Source: an uncultured delta proteobacterium (GTDB taxonomy: Bacteria; Myxococcota; Myxococcia; Myxococcales; Myxococcaceae). From it: a DNA stretch of 64,000 bases. A model generated the notes under the pieces. It did no database searches and was not told the origin of the DNA. It was given only the letters and a program-made list of their open reading frames with translations. Of this stretch, positions 1 to 10,867 are shown piece after piece. The position numbers were made by a program, and so were the translations under genes. The DNA lies in NCBI GenBank assembly GCA_963771175.1, contig CAVYSY010000032.1, positions 96,001 to 160,000 on the forward strand, in the 5' to 3' direction. Each line of letters opens with the position of its first letter. Within the stretch, counting starts at the first letter, position 1.

Positions 1-1
1 G

Positions 2-571
2 GTGAGCACCTTCCTCGGCAAGCCGCGCCGGTTCGACGCCCACTTCGACATGGGCTTCTGGTTGGAGGTGCTGCGCCTGGAGCTGCTCCACCGCGGCGGC
101 ACCGAGTCGGCCTTCCTCACCCTCGGCGGCACGCACCTCACCCTGGACTTGTGGCACTCGAGAGACCTGTCCTCGTACGTGCGCGTGCGCGCCGGGCCCT
201 CGCTGGAGTACGACCGCACCCACCGTTTCCTCACGCTCGTGCCCGGCGCGGCCTTCGAGGGCGACCTCACGCTCGACGCGGACGGCTTCCACCACCTCAC
301 CTTCGCCGCCGAGGCGGAGAAGGTCTTCCTCGACCCGGAGGTGGAGGACCGTCCCCGCAACCCCGAGCGGCTGCGCGTGCGCGCCGGCTACGAGCTCATC
401 CTCCTGGCCATCAACGACCAGCCCGTGAGCCTCGTGCTCGACGGGCGCGGCCAGTGGCGGACCGACCTCGCGGAAGTGCCTCCCGTCTGGGAGTGGTCCG
501 CCTACACGGGCCTGCGCTTCTCGCTGTGGGCACCGGCCCGCCGCTCCGCGCCCCTGGCGGCCTCGCGCTGA
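2..571 (+). CDS. Hypothetical protein, probable outer-membrane beta-rich protein (5' partial)
   Basis: ORF with high GC3 open from the window edge; shares motif AINDQPVSLVL...W...GL.F.LW with the next gene. Confidence 0.6.
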   Translation: MSTFLGKPRRFDAHFDMGFWLEVLRLELLHRGGTESAFLTLGGTHLTLDLWHSRDLSSYVRVRAGPSLEYDRTHRFLTLVPGAAFEGDLTLDADGFHHLTFAAEAEKVFLDPEVEDRPRNPERLRVRAGYELILLAINDQPVSLVLDGRGQWRTDLAEVPPVWEWSAYTGLRFSLWAPARRSAPLAASR

Positions 572-583
572 GGACGGCCCGGG

Positions 584-1454
584 ATGCTCGCGCTCACGAC
601 TCGCCCTGCTGCTCGCCAGTGCCCCCGTGGACGGGAACGTGGAGGCGTGTACCGCCTTGGACGAGGCCGGGGAGCCCTTCCCCATCTGCTTCGACCCGGG
701 CAATGCGCTGCTCCTCGGCGCTGGAGGGCTCGTCCAGGCCGGAGAGGCCGCGCCCGAGCTGCGCGCCGGAATCCTGCTGCGCACCTCGCGCTCCAGCCGC
801 AGCAAGGGCACGCCGTGGCTCAACACCCACCGCCTGCTCGTCACCGAGGCTCGGACTGGCACCGCGCGGCGAGGCCTCACCGCCACCCTCTATGAGGGCA
901 ACCTGCGCCGCCACCTGGAGGAGGGCTTCATCCTCGTCCCCACCGCGCGGCCCGTGCGCATCCCCTTCCCCTTCGACCTCACCCTGGCGCTGCGCGTGGG
1001 CCACTACGAGCGGCGCGTCTGGGAGGGGCCGGGCTGGACGCTGGAGACGGGGCGCGCCGCGCTGATGATGGATCCACTGCGCTCGCCCACGGCCCGGGTG
1101 TGGCTCGGCTTGGGGCCCGCGGCGAGCCACACGCTGCGGCACTCGCGCGAGGGCACCGTCCACGAGCTGTCCCCCTTCACCTCGCTCCTGCTCGACGCGG
1201 GCTACGAGACGGAGGACGGAGCGTGGGCGGCGCGAGTCACGGCCCTCGCGGGGTGGACGGTGGACCTCGATGGCGGGGGACGCTTCCGGGCACGCGAGGA
1301 GGCGAGCCTCGAGCGCCTGCTCGTCGCCGTGAACGACCAGCCGGTGTGGCTGCGGCTCTCCGGGTCGCACGTCCACGCGGATGCCGGCGTGGACCGCGTG
1401 GGAGAGTGGACGGTGGGCCTGGGCCTCACCCTGCGCGCCTGGAGCGCACGGTGA
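584..1454 (+). CDS. Hypothetical secreted protein, paralog of the upstream gene (frameshift near 600)
   Basis: ATG 584 plus a frameshift gives signal peptide MLALTTLALLLASAP joined to ORF 627-1454; motif AVNDQPVWLRL. Confidence 0.6.
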
Positions 1455-1466
1455 GGGCCGCAGCGG

Positions 1467-2925
1467 CTACAGCGTCATGCGCACCGAGGCGAGCACCTGG
1501 TCGTTGCGATTGAAGTAGCCGAAGGCGCTGAAGGCCGGGCCGGCATACACCTCGGCCGCGAGCCCCACGGAGAGGTGCTCGGTCACGCGCCAGCCCACGC
1601 GCGGCGACACGAGGAAGGAGCGCTGGATGGGCTCGAAGCCACCGCGCAGCCCCACCTCCAGCCGGTCGTCCAGCAGCAAGTACCGCACGTCGGCCATCAG
1701 CAGGTGGAAGAAGGCCGCGCGCTCCTGGCCGCGCGCCGTGCCCGGCTCGAGCAGGAGGAGCAGCTCCTGTGCGCCCACGCGCGGCACCACGAGCCCGGTA
1801 TAGATGACGGAGTAGACGAGCTTCGACTCCTCCGCCTGCGACACGCCCACCACCCACGTCACCGCGGGCTTGCGCAGCGGGCGCGCCGGTCGCCATAGAA
1901 TGTCCGCGAGGGGCTGAAGCCCACGTCCACGTCGAGCTGCGCGGGCCCCACCAGCGTGCTCGCCTCGGCGGCCACCACGTGCTGGCGCGCGTAGCGGCCG
2001 GTGTAGAGCGACTCGCCCGCGCGCAGCCGGTCCTGCAGGGAGAGCAGCAGCGCCACGTCCGCCGGCTCACCGCGCTCCCGAGCGCGCAGCAGCGCATCCA
2101 GCTCCGGGTCGAGCGTCACCTGGGGCAGCTTCTCGTTGGCCCACACCCAGGAGCCGCCCAGCTTCACCCGGCCCACCTCACCGGTGACGCGCAGGCCCAC
2201 GTCCCCCGGCAGCCCGGGCCGCTCCGTCTCCAGCAGGTGCGGCTGCACCCAGCTCTCCACCGAGGCGTCCACGGGGAAGGGCACCGCCACCCCCAGCGAC
2301 GGCTGCAGCAATGCCAGGTCCTGGCCGAACACGTCGTAGCGGTTCGGGACGAAGAAGGGCGCCCACACGCCGGTGACGGTGAGCGGGCCCACGTTGGCGA
2401 GCGCCCGCGCGGCGAAGACGGGCAGCTTCAGGTCCTCCGGCTCGGGCAGCACGAGGCCCTGGCGGAGGTCCCGCGGGTTGAGGATGTCCGTGGGCGCGAA
2501 GAGGGCATTGGCCCCGAAGGCCAACGTCTGCTGCCCCACCCGCACGTCCACCCGCCGGGTGTAGAGGTCGATGAAGGCCTCGCCCAGGTACGGCTCGAAG
2601 GAGCTCTGGGCACGCTCGAAGCCCTTCTCGGCCCCGCCGCGCCAGAAGGCCCGCCCCTCCACCACCAGCCGCAGCGAGGGGCCCAGCTTCACGTCCGTGG
2701 CGAGCGAGGCCCGGCCCCACCCATCCACCACGTGCTCGCTGAGGCCGTCCTCCCGGCGAGGCTCGAAGCCGGTGTCCACGCCGCCCACCAGCCGTACGTC
2801 GCCACTCACCCGCACCTGGGGCACGACGGGCGCATCCGAGGAGAACTCCCGCAGCGGCGCCGCCCCCTCCTGCGGCGGAGTGCGAGCGTGGGCACCAGGG
2901 CCAGCAGTGTCAGCCCGCGTCTCAC
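1467..2925 (-). CDS. Outer-membrane beta-barrel protein (DUF1302-like), frameshifted near 2875 and 1880
   Basis: ORFs 1859-2824 and 1467-1862 join; motifs LGEAFIDLY..DVRVGQQ..PTDILNPRD and FGYFNRNDQV; GTGA overlap with the upstream LolA-like gene. Confidence 0.6.
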
Positions 2926-3701
2926 CCGCGCTCCAGGGCCCGCTCGGTGAAGGCCTCGTCGCCGAGCTGGACCTCCTCCAGCTTCAGCACCTCCAGCGTC
3001 GTGCTCGAGCCCGTCTGGAGGTTCTCCATCACCGCGCGCGAGGCGACCACCCGGTCCTTGAACTTCTGGAGCTGCTCGGCGCGGTACACCTTGAAGGGCT
3101 TGCCCTCGCGATCCGAGTACTCGGCCTTCAGCGGGACGTACGTCTCCTTGTCCACGTAGAGCGTCACCTCGCCATAGGGGGAGTCCGCCCCGGCCTGGCC
3201 GCGCAGCACGTAGGCGAGCCGGTCCAGCACCTTCGTCTCACCCGCCAGGCGGAGCGACTCGTCCCGCTCGGCGCCGGTGCCGCCCAGGTCCGCGTAGTTG
3301 AAGTCCGTGTCCATGAAGGACTGGCCCCGCTGCGTGCGCGCCACCTTCCGCACCCGCTTCAGCTTGGGCAGGTACAGCGAGATGTCCGCCGGCTCGCCCT
3401 TGGCCCCCTCCACGGTGAGCACCGCCACGCCCGCCACGCCCGCGGGCTGCGAGAAGCGCGCGAGCGAGTGCAGCCGCCCGTCCACCCGCTTCGCGGTGGA
3501 GGTGAGAACCTGATCCTTGCGTTGCCCCGCCTTCGTCACCGAGGAGAGCTTCAGCTCCGCCCGCAGGCCGAGCAGATTGAGGGCGCCCCGCTCGCGACTC
3601 CGGCGGGCGATGTCCGCGGCGGACTCCTCGGCGCGGGCGGGGGGGGCCACCAGGAGCGCCACCACCACGGCGCATAGCAGGGGAGCAAGGGGCTTCAGCA
3701 T
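2922..3701 (-). CDS. Outer-membrane lipoprotein-sorting protein (LolA-like)
   Basis: Signal peptide; motifs LYLPKLKRVRKV, SFMDTDFNYADL, AEYSDREGK, F.ERALE typical of this family. Confidence 0.8.
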   Translation of the reverse strand: MLKPLAPLLCAVVVALLVAPPARAEESAADIARRSRERGALNLLGLRAELKLSSVTKAGQRKDQVLTSTAKRVDGRLHSLARFSQPAGVAGVAVLTVEGAKGEPADISLYLPKLKRVRKVARTQRGQSFMDTDFNYADLGGTGAERDESLRLAGETKVLDRLAYVLRGQAGADSPYGEVTLYVDKETYVPLKAEYSDREGKPFKVYRAEQLQKFKDRVVASRAVMENLQTGSSTTLEVLKLEEVQLGDEAFTERALERG

Positions 3702-3890
3702 GGGCGCGGACTCTATCCCGCCCACACCGGCCGTCAGCCCATCCCACACCCCCAGGAGGTTGGAGCCCCTCTTCCCTCCTTATATGCGGGATGCATCGGA
3801 CGGGCCCGCGGCCAACTGTCCGATAGACAACCGGACGGGCAAAACGCCTTCCTGCGGGAAAAGCCCTGTCATTTGGGGCAGATGCCCTCC

Positions 3891-3920
3891 TTGAGCACCC
3901 CGGGGGCGTTCTGCTATAGC
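3891..3920 (+). promoter_or_regulatory. Putative sigma70-type promoter of the FHA gene
   Basis: TTGAGC-N18-TATAGC, 18 nt upstream of GTG 3939. Confidence 0.35.
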
Positions 3921-3938
3921 TGTAAGGGGACCCGACCC

Positions 3939-5696
3939 GTGCTGAAGCTCATCATCGAAGACGACGAGGGGCGAAAGACCGTAGTCCCCTTCGTGCGGGA
4001 CGAGATCACTATTGGCCGTCAGGAGGGAAACACCATCCGCCTGACCGAGCGCAATGTGTCTCGTCACCACGCACGCCTGCTGCGCCAGAACGGGCACGTA
4101 CTGGTGGAGGACCTGGGCAGCTACAATGGAGTGCGCATCAACGGTGAGCGCATCCAAGGGCAAGCCCAGGTAGGGGATGGCGATCTGATCCAGATCGGTG
4201 ACTACGATCTGGCCCTGCAGAAGGAGGCCGCCGCGCAGGTGGGCGCGCCTACCATCCGGCTACCCGCCGCTGCCCTGCAGGCCGCCATGAATGATGCCTC
4301 GAGCGCCTCCGCCGAAGCGGAGGCCGACGAGGCCGACACCCCTGCGCCCCAGGAAGAGGACGACGCGCCCACGCCCGCCACGGCGGACCAGCGCCGGCAC
4401 TCCACCGCGGTGATCCGGATGGATCAGGTGGAGATGAACCGGTCGCGCAAGGTCGCGGCGTTGGACGCGGAGGAGGTGCCTCACCTGGTGGTGGTGAGCG
4501 CCGAATTCAAGGGCCAGGAGTTCGCCTGCCTCCGCACGGAGATGCGGATCGGCCGCACCGACGACAACGACATCGCGCTCGACCACCGCTCGCTGTCGCG
4601 CACGCACGCCAAGCTCGTCCGAGAGGACTCCGGCGAGTGGCGCATCATCGACATGCAGTCGGCCAATGGCATGAGCGTCAACGGCGAGAGCTATGCGCAG
4701 GCCCCGCTCGCGCACGGCGACCTCATCGAGCTCGGCCACGTGAAGATGCGCTTCGTCGGCCCCGGCCAGAGCACCGCGGGCTGCTGCACGAAGGCGCGGC
4801 GCGGAGCGCTTCCTCGAAGAAGCCGCTGCTGCTGGCCGTCGTGGGCGTGCTCCTGCTCGGCGTGCTCGGAGGCGCGGCCTGGTTCATGATGGGCCAGCCC
4901 TCGACCCCCGACGTCAAGCCGCCGCAGACGGCCGTGGTGGACAAGCAGCCCGAGCCGCAGCAGCCGCCGCAGACGCAGCCCGCCAACCCGGAGCCGGTTC
5001 AGAACACGGATCCCACCCCGGACCCGCAGCCCACCGAGCCCGCCATTCCGCAGCTCGCGGAGAAGCTCCAGAGCGCCCAGGCCGCCATCGAGGCGTTGGA
5101 CTTCGACAAGGCGGTGGACACGCTCGAGACCATCAAGGATGCCAACGGCCAGCGCCCCGCCGAGGCGGAGGAGCTGCTGACTCAGGCTCGGGCCGAGCAG
5201 CAGTTCCGGCAGAACCTGGACCTCGCGAAGAAGGAGTTCGCGGCGAACCGTCCCCAGGAGGCCCAGAAGTACCTCGTGGCCAGCGAGGGCACGCTCGCCT
5301 TCGCCGAGGAGCACGCCGAGCTGAAGCAGCAGGTGGAGGCAGGCCCTGGCGCCTCCGACGAAGCCCACCCCCAACAAGCCCGCATCGGGCACGGCGCGCC
5401 GCCCGACGGCGGACCAGTCCAAGCAGCTCTACGACGATGGCGTCACGCTGCTGCGCAAGACGCAGCTTCCCGAGGCCGAGTCCGTCCTGAAGAAGTGCAT
5501 CGCCATCGATCCCACCTACGCGCCCTGCTATCTCGTGCTGGGTACGACGGTGGCCCGGCGCAACCGGCCGGACGAGGGCGCGCAGTACTACCGCGAGTTC
5601 CTACGGCTCGCGCCGAACCACGAGATGGCGCCCAGTGTGAAGAAGCTGGTCGCCGACTACGACAAGAGCCAGAAACAACCGGGAGGCGGCAAGTAG
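3939..5696 (+). CDS. Double FHA-domain membrane protein with C-terminal TPR-like region (frameshifts near 4780 and 5350)
   Basis: Two FHA signatures (TIGR..N..VSRHHA..DLGSYNG; RIGR..N..LSRTHA..DMQSANG), a TM helix, a Pro-rich linker and a helical C-terminus ending at TAG 5696. Confidence 0.8.
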
Positions 5697-5778
5697 CCCG
5701 AGGGAACCATCCTGCGCGCCACCCCCATGGCGCGAGTCCCGGGCTGCTGGCTTCCACCCCCCACAGGAGGAGAGGTCC

Positions 5779-6372
5779 GTGCAGATTCGTATCCTGGTGG
5801 TCGATGATGAGCAGGACAACTGCGACTACCTGAAGCTCGTCCTCATGCGTGAGGGCTATGACGTCGTCACCACGACGGACCCCACGAAGACGGTGGAGAT
5901 CCTCCGCAGCGCCGACTTCCACCTCGTCATCCTCGACATGATGATGCCGGTGATGTCCGGCACCGAGGTGCTGGAGCAGATCCGCAAGTACGACACCGAC
6001 GTCGCCGTCATCGTCGCCACCGCCTACCCGACGGTGGACACGGCCGTGGCCTCGCTGAAGAACCAGGCGAGCGACTACGTGAAGAAGCCCATGGAGCCGG
6101 ATCAGTTCCTCGGCGCCGTGCGCAACGCACTGGCGAAGAAGGGTCTGTCGCAGGATCCCGAGGCGGACCTGCACCGCGCCATCGGCCGCACCATCCGCGA
6201 CGCGCGCAAGACGCAGGACCTCACGCTCAAGCAGCTCGCGCGCCGCACCGGCCTGTCCGTGTCGCTGCTGTCGCAGATCGAGCGCGCCGAGTCCTCGGCG
6301 TCCATCTCGTCGCTCTACAAGATCGCCTCCGCGCTTCAACTCCGGATGGGCGAGCTCTTCGGCGACACCTGA
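5779..6372 (+). CDS. digR: Response regulator with receiver + XRE helix-turn-helix (DigR-like)
   Basis: Receiver (LVVDD, LDMMMP, KP) followed by XRE HTH (LTLKQLARRTGLSVSLLSQIERAESSASISSL); the ftsZ-proximal context matches myxobacterial digR as I recall it. Confidence 0.75.
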   Translation: MQIRILVVDDEQDNCDYLKLVLMREGYDVVTTTDPTKTVEILRSADFHLVILDMMMPVMSGTEVLEQIRKYDTDVAVIVATAYPTVDTAVASLKNQASDYVKKPMEPDQFLGAVRNALAKKGLSQDPEADLHRAIGRTIRDARKTQDLTLKQLARRTGLSVSLLSQIERAESSASISSLYKIASALQLRMGELFGDT

Positions 6373-6393
6373 GCCGTCAGGGGGCGGCCAGCC

Positions 6394-7167
6394 TCACTGG
6401 CCGCGGAAGCGGGGCGTGCGTTTCTCCAGGAACGCCGCCCTGCCCTCCTTCGCGTCCTCGCTGGCGAAGGCCCGGGCCCGCACCTCGCGCAGGTGCGCCC
6501 GCTCCTCCTCGGACAGCGCCGGGCGCGCGAGCAGCCGGAAGGCCTCCTTCATTCCCGCCACCGCCAGCGGTGCCTGCGCGGCGAGCGTCCGGCACAGCTC
6601 CAGGGCACGCGCCTCGGCATCGGCCACCGGGAGGCACTCGTCCAGCAGCCCCCAGGCCAGCGCCTCCTTCGCATCCAGCCGCCGTCCGGTGAGGCAGAGG
6701 TTCTTCGCACGCGCCACGCCCACCAGCCGGGCCGCGCGCGTCAGCCCATCCAGCGAGTAGACGATGCCCAGCCGCGCCGGGGGCATGCTGAAGACGACGT
6801 CCTCCGCGCCGATGCGGAAGTCGCAGGCGGCCGACAGATCGAAACCGGCCCCGAAGGCCCACCCCTGCACCAGCGCGACGCTGGGAAGCGGCAGGGACTC
6901 CAGCCGCGAGAGACACGCCATCAGCGCGTCGTCCGGCAACCGGTCCTCGGTGGGCGCCGCCAGCAGGTTCAGGTCATAGCCCGAGCAGAAGGTGCCGCCC
7001 GCGCCCCGGATGAGGACGGCGCGCACCTTGCCAGGGGCCGAGGCCAGCGCCTCGTCCAGCCGGGCCACCTGGCCGTCATCGAGCGCGTTGCGCCGCGCCG
7101 GGTTGGACAGGGTGAGGACGCGGACGCCATCGTCCCGGTCTTCCACATGCAGGGAGGATGGCTGCAC
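6394..7167 (-). CDS. Enoyl-CoA hydratase/isomerase (crotonase family)
   Basis: LTLSNPARRNAL, FCSGYDL, AFGAGFDL, SEDAKEGRAAFLEKRTPRF. Confidence 0.9.
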   Translation of the reverse strand: MQPSSLHVEDRDDGVRVLTLSNPARRNALDDGQVARLDEALASAPGKVRAVLIRGAGGTFCSGYDLNLLAAPTEDRLPDDALMACLSRLESLPLPSVALVQGWAFGAGFDLSAACDFRIGAEDVVFSMPPARLGIVYSLDGLTRAARLVGVARAKNLCLTGRRLDAKEALAWGLLDECLPVADAEARALELCRTLAAQAPLAVAGMKEAFRLLARPALSEEERAHLREVRARAFASEDAKEGRAAFLEKRTPRFRGQ

Positions 7168-7178
7168 CGCGCGTCCCG

Positions 7179-7391
7179 CTACTCGAGCACCACGAGGACG
7201 TCGCCCTCGTTGACCGACTGGGACTCCTTGCAGCGGATCTCCTTCACCGTGCCGTCCTCGGTCGCCTCCACGGGCATCTCCATCTTCATGGACTCGAGGA
7301 TGACGAGCGTGTCCCCCGCGGAGACCTTCTGCCCGACCTTGACCTCGATCTTCCACACCGTCCCGGTGATGTGCGCCGCCACGTCCGCCAT
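7179..7391 (-). CDS. Biotin carboxyl carrier protein
   Basis: 70 aa with biotinylation motif LESMKME. Confidence 0.92.
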   Translation of the reverse strand: MADVAAHITGTVWKIEVKVGQKVSAGDTLVILESMKMEMPVEATEDGTVKEIRCKESQSVNEGDVLVVLE

Positions 7392-7454
7392 ACGCTGTAC
7401 TCCTCGTCGGTGCTGCGTGAGCCCTGTGTGCTGCGTGGAAAGCCAGCTCCCTCG

Positions 7455-8804
7455 CTACGGCTTCGCGTGGTGCTCCAGGAAGCGCGTGTTCAGGTCGCCC
7501 GCGCGGAAGACCGGATCCTGCAGGATGCGCAGGTGGAGGGGGATGTTCGTCTTGATGCCCTCGACGCGGAAGCCCTGGAGCGCCTGGATGGAGCGCTCGA
7601 TGGCCTCGGCGCGCGTGGCGCCCGAGATGATGAGCTTGGCAATCATCGGGTCGTAGTTCGGCGTGACGGTGTTGCCCTCGGCGTAGCCCGAGTCCAGGCG
7701 CACGCCCTCGCCCGTGGGCGGCTGGAACACCTTGAGCGGGCCCGGCGAGGGGAAGAACTTCACCGGGTCCTCCGCGTAGATGCGGAACTCGAGCGCCGCC
7801 CCGCGCCGCTTCACGTCCTCCTGCTTCACCGTGAGCTGCTCGCCCGAGGCGATGCGGAGCTGCCAGCCGATGAGATCCAGGCCCGTGGTCAGCTCCGTCA
7901 CCGGGTGCTCCACCTGGAGGCGGGCGTTCATCTCGATGAAGTAGATGTCGCCGTCCGAGTAGAGGAACTCCACCGTGCCGGCGTTGGCGTAGCCGAAGGC
8001 CTTGGCCGCGGCGATGGCCGCCGTGAACAGCTTCTGGGCCAGCTCCGCGTTGCGCCCGTCCGCGAACAGCGGCGAGGGAGCCTCCTCCACCACCTTCTGG
8101 TGCCGGCGCTGGATGGAGCACTCGCGCTCCAGGCAGTGGATGAGGTGGCCGTGGTGGTCACCGAGAATCTGCACCTCGATGTGACGAGGGGCCGGGAAGT
8201 AGCGCTCGATGTACACGCCCTCGCGGCCGAAGGCGGCCTTCGCGCGATCCGTGCACTGGCGGAAGACCTTCTCCAGCTCGGCGGGGTCCTTGGCGGCGGC
8301 CATGCCGATGCCACCACCACCGCCCGCGGCCTTGCAGAGCACGGGGTAGCCGATGCGCTCGGCGGCGGCCAGCGCGGCGGCGACGTCCGGCAACACGTCC
8401 TCGGTGCCGGGAACCACCGGCACGCCGGCGGCGGCCACCAGCTTGCGCGCCTGGCTCTTGTCCTTCATCCGCTGCATGGCCTCGGGCGGCGGACCCACGA
8501 AGGTGATGCCGGCGGCCTTGCACGCGGTGGCGAACTCGGCGTTCTCCGACACGAAGCCGTAGCCCGGGTGGATCGCGTCGGCGCCGGTGGACTTCGCCGC
8601 GTCGAGGATGGCCTGGATGTTGAGGTAGCTGTCCTTGGCCGGGGCAGGCCCGATCCGCACCGCCTCATCCGCCTCACGAACGAAGGGCAGCTCCGCGTCC
8701 GCGTCCGAGTACACGGCCACGGTGGAGATCCCCATCCCCTTGGCCACGACCGCGATACGCCGGGCGATCTCACCCCGGTTGGCGATGAGCAGCTTCTTGA
8801 ACAT
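7455..8804 (-). CDS. Biotin carboxylase subunit (acyl-CoA carboxylase)
   Basis: KKLLIANRGEIA, IHPGYGFVSEN, RECSIQRRHQK, EMNARLQVEHPVTE, YDPMIAKL. Confidence 0.95.
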   Translation of the reverse strand: MFKKLLIANRGEIARRIAVVAKGMGISTVAVYSDADAELPFVREADEAVRIGPAPAKDSYLNIQAILDAAKSTGADAIHPGYGFVSENAEFATACKAAGITFVGPPPEAMQRMKDKSQARKLVAAAGVPVVPGTEDVLPDVAAALAAAERIGYPVLCKAAGGGGGIGMAAAKDPAELEKVFRQCTDRAKAAFGREGVYIERYFPAPRHIEVQILGDHHGHLIHCLERECSIQRRHQKVVEEAPSPLFADGRNAELAQKLFTAAIAAAKAFGYANAGTVEFLYSDGDIYFIEMNARLQVEHPVTELTTGLDLIGWQLRIASGEQLTVKQEDVKRRGAALEFRIYAEDPVKFFPSPGPLKVFQPPTGEGVRLDSGYAEGNTVTPNYDPMIAKLIISGATRAEAIERSIQALQGFRVEGIKTNIPLHLRILQDPVFRAGDLNTRFLEHHAKP

Positions 8805-8929
8805 GGCTGGCAACCCCTCCGATGTGAGGCGGGGCAACCTAAACTCCCCCTTGCGACCTGACAAGGAGACAACGCGCCGCCCGCCGGGAAGTTGCGGGCA
8901 TGTAGGATATTGGCGTAGCGTCCCTGGCC

Positions 8930-9307
8930 GTGAAGCCCTCCACGACAGGAACAGTGGTGGATCTCCAGGGAGCGCGCCGGGAGCGGCGACTGGAGATGTA
9001 CCGGGCGCGACTGGCCGAGCGCCTTCGCACCAACCGCGCGGCAATCGAGTCCCTCTACGAGGGAGGAACCCTCTTTTCGCCCCAGGGCACGCGCGCGGGT
9101 CGAGCCCTGCTCCGGGCCCATCAGGTGCTACAGCGCGCGAGCTCGCTGCTGGAGCAGCTCTCCGGCGACGGGGTGGTCCCCGCCCCGCGACTGCCCGAGC
9201 GCATCGAGGAGCTCTACCGCGAGGTGGACACGCTGCTGGCGCGCAGTGACGCGCTCTCCGGGCGTCACCACCGGGCGGCGAGCGTGGCCCGCCTCCCCGG
9301 GCGCTAG
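8930..9307 (+). CDS. Hypothetical helical protein
   Basis: 125 aa ORF with coding-like codon bias between biotin carboxylase and ftsZ. Confidence 0.6.
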   Translation: MKPSTTGTVVDLQGARRERRLEMYRARLAERLRTNRAAIESLYEGGTLFSPQGTRAGRALLRAHQVLQRASSLLEQLSGDGVVPAPRLPERIEELYREVDTLLARSDALSGRHHRAASVARLPGR

Positions 9308-9344
9308 CGAGAAGACCCCAGCCGCTCGGGCCGAGGCCCTTCCC

Positions 9345-10565
9345 TCACGGCATCTCCGTCTGGCCCTGGCGACGCAGGAAGGTGGGGATGTCGAACTGAT
9401 CCTCGTCCAGGGGCAGCGCCGCGTCCTTCACCACCGCGGTGCGCCCGGACAGCGAGCGCCCCTCCACGGCGGCCATCGTCCGCGTACCAGCCTTGGCGGG
9501 CACCAGGCTGGCCACTTCCTCGCGATCGCGAGCCGCGGTGAGCGAGACGGGCGCGGGCCGGGTGACGACCGGCACCTGCACCACCTGCGCCGTCGGGCGC
9601 CCCTTCGAATCCCTCGACACGAAGCCGGTGGCGATGATGGTGATCTTCACCTCGTCGGTGATGTTGTCGTCGATGAGCGAGCCGAAGATGATCTCCGCAT
9701 CCGGGTCGGCCGCGTCGTGCACCAGCGTGAGCGCCTCGTTGACCTCCTGGAGGGTCATGTCGCGGCCGCCGGTGATGTTGATGAGCAGGCCGGTGGCGCC
9801 GTCGATGGAGATGTCCTCGAGCAGCGGGCTGGAGATGGCCTGCTGCATCGCGTTGAGCGCGCGCTTGTCGCCGGTGGAGTGACCGGTGCCCATGAGCGCC
9901 AGGCCCTTGTCGCTCATGATGGTCTTCACGTCGGCGAAGTCGACGTTGATGTAGCCGTGGTACTGGATGAGGTCCGAGATGCCCTGGACGGCGTTGAGGA
10001 GCACCTCGTCGGCGCGCTTGAAGGTCTCCAGCAGCGGCATGGGCTCGTTGCTGAGGGTGAGCAGGCGCTGGTTGGGGATGGTGATGAGGGTGTCCACCGC
10101 GGCCTTGAGCTCCACGAGGCCCTGCTCGGCCTGCTTGCGGCGCTTGTTGCCCTCGAAGAGGAAGGGCTTGGTGACCACGCCCACCGTGAGGCAGCCGAGG
10201 CTCTTGGCGATGTCCGCGATGATGGGCGCCGCGCCCGTGCCGGTGCCACCGCCCATGCCGGCGGTGACGAACACCATGTCCGCGCCCTCGAGCATGGCGG
10301 CGATCTGATCGCGCGACTCGAGCGCGGCCTCGCGGCCCATCTCCGGGTTGGCGCCAGCGCCGAGGCCCTTGGTGAGGGTCTGGCCGATCTGCAGCCGCAC
10401 CGGCGCCTTGTTGGCCGCGAGCGCCTGCACATCGGTGTTGGCGGCAATGAAGTCGACCCGCTCAAGCTTCGCCATGATCATCGTGTTGACCGCGTTACAG
10501 CCGGCGCCACCGACGCCGACGACACGAATCTTTGCGGCCTGCTTGTTCTGGTCGAACTGGTCCAT
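9345..10565 (-). CDS. ftsZ: Cell division GTPase FtsZ
   Basis: [18 protein letters not shown] tubulin signature, INVDFAD, C-terminal DIPTFLRR. Confidence 0.99.
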   Translation of the reverse strand: MDQFDQNKQAAKIRVVGVGGAGCNAVNTMIMAKLERVDFIAANTDVQALAANKAPVRLQIGQTLTKGLGAGANPEMGREAALESRDQIAAMLEGADMVFVTAGMGGGTGTGAAPIIADIAKSLGCLTVGVVTKPFLFEGNKRRKQAEQGLVELKAAVDTLITIPNQRLLTLSNEPMPLLETFKRADEVLLNAVQGISDLIQYHGYINVDFADVKTIMSDKGLALMGTGHSTGDKRALNAMQQAISSPLLEDISIDGATGLLINITGGRDMTLQEVNEALTLVHDAADPDAEIIFGSLIDDNITDEVKITIIATGFVSRDSKGRPTAQVVQVPVVTRPAPVSLTAARDREEVASLVPAKAGTRTMAAVEGRSLSGRTAVVKDAALPLDEDQFDIPTFLRRQGQTEMP

Positions 10566-10867
10566 GTGTTTCCTTCTTTCAGCGCAGGTCGCGCGTGCCC
10601 GCGCGCGCCGCTGCAACCACCATCTTCAGCAAGTCGCGATCTTTGGCAAGTTCTCAGCTACGAACCTGTAGCGCTACGTGGCGGTCCCGAGTCGTCACAG
10701 GCACTTACGCGGGAGCACCACCACCTCACCGGTGCGGTGCGGTAGGAGCAACTCACCTCTTGACTCGCGAACTGAGGGAGCGGGAACCCACGTTTCGGAC
10801 ACCGCGGGGGACAGGACACCTCGTAGGCTGGAGCGGTTCGAGTCCTTTGACCCAGAGCCCCTCGCCC

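Noticed and set aside
10831..10851. GGTTCGAGTCC resembling a tRNA T-loop
   Set aside because: The T-stem does not pair fully and no acceptor, D or anticodon arms are present; treated as a partial island motif.
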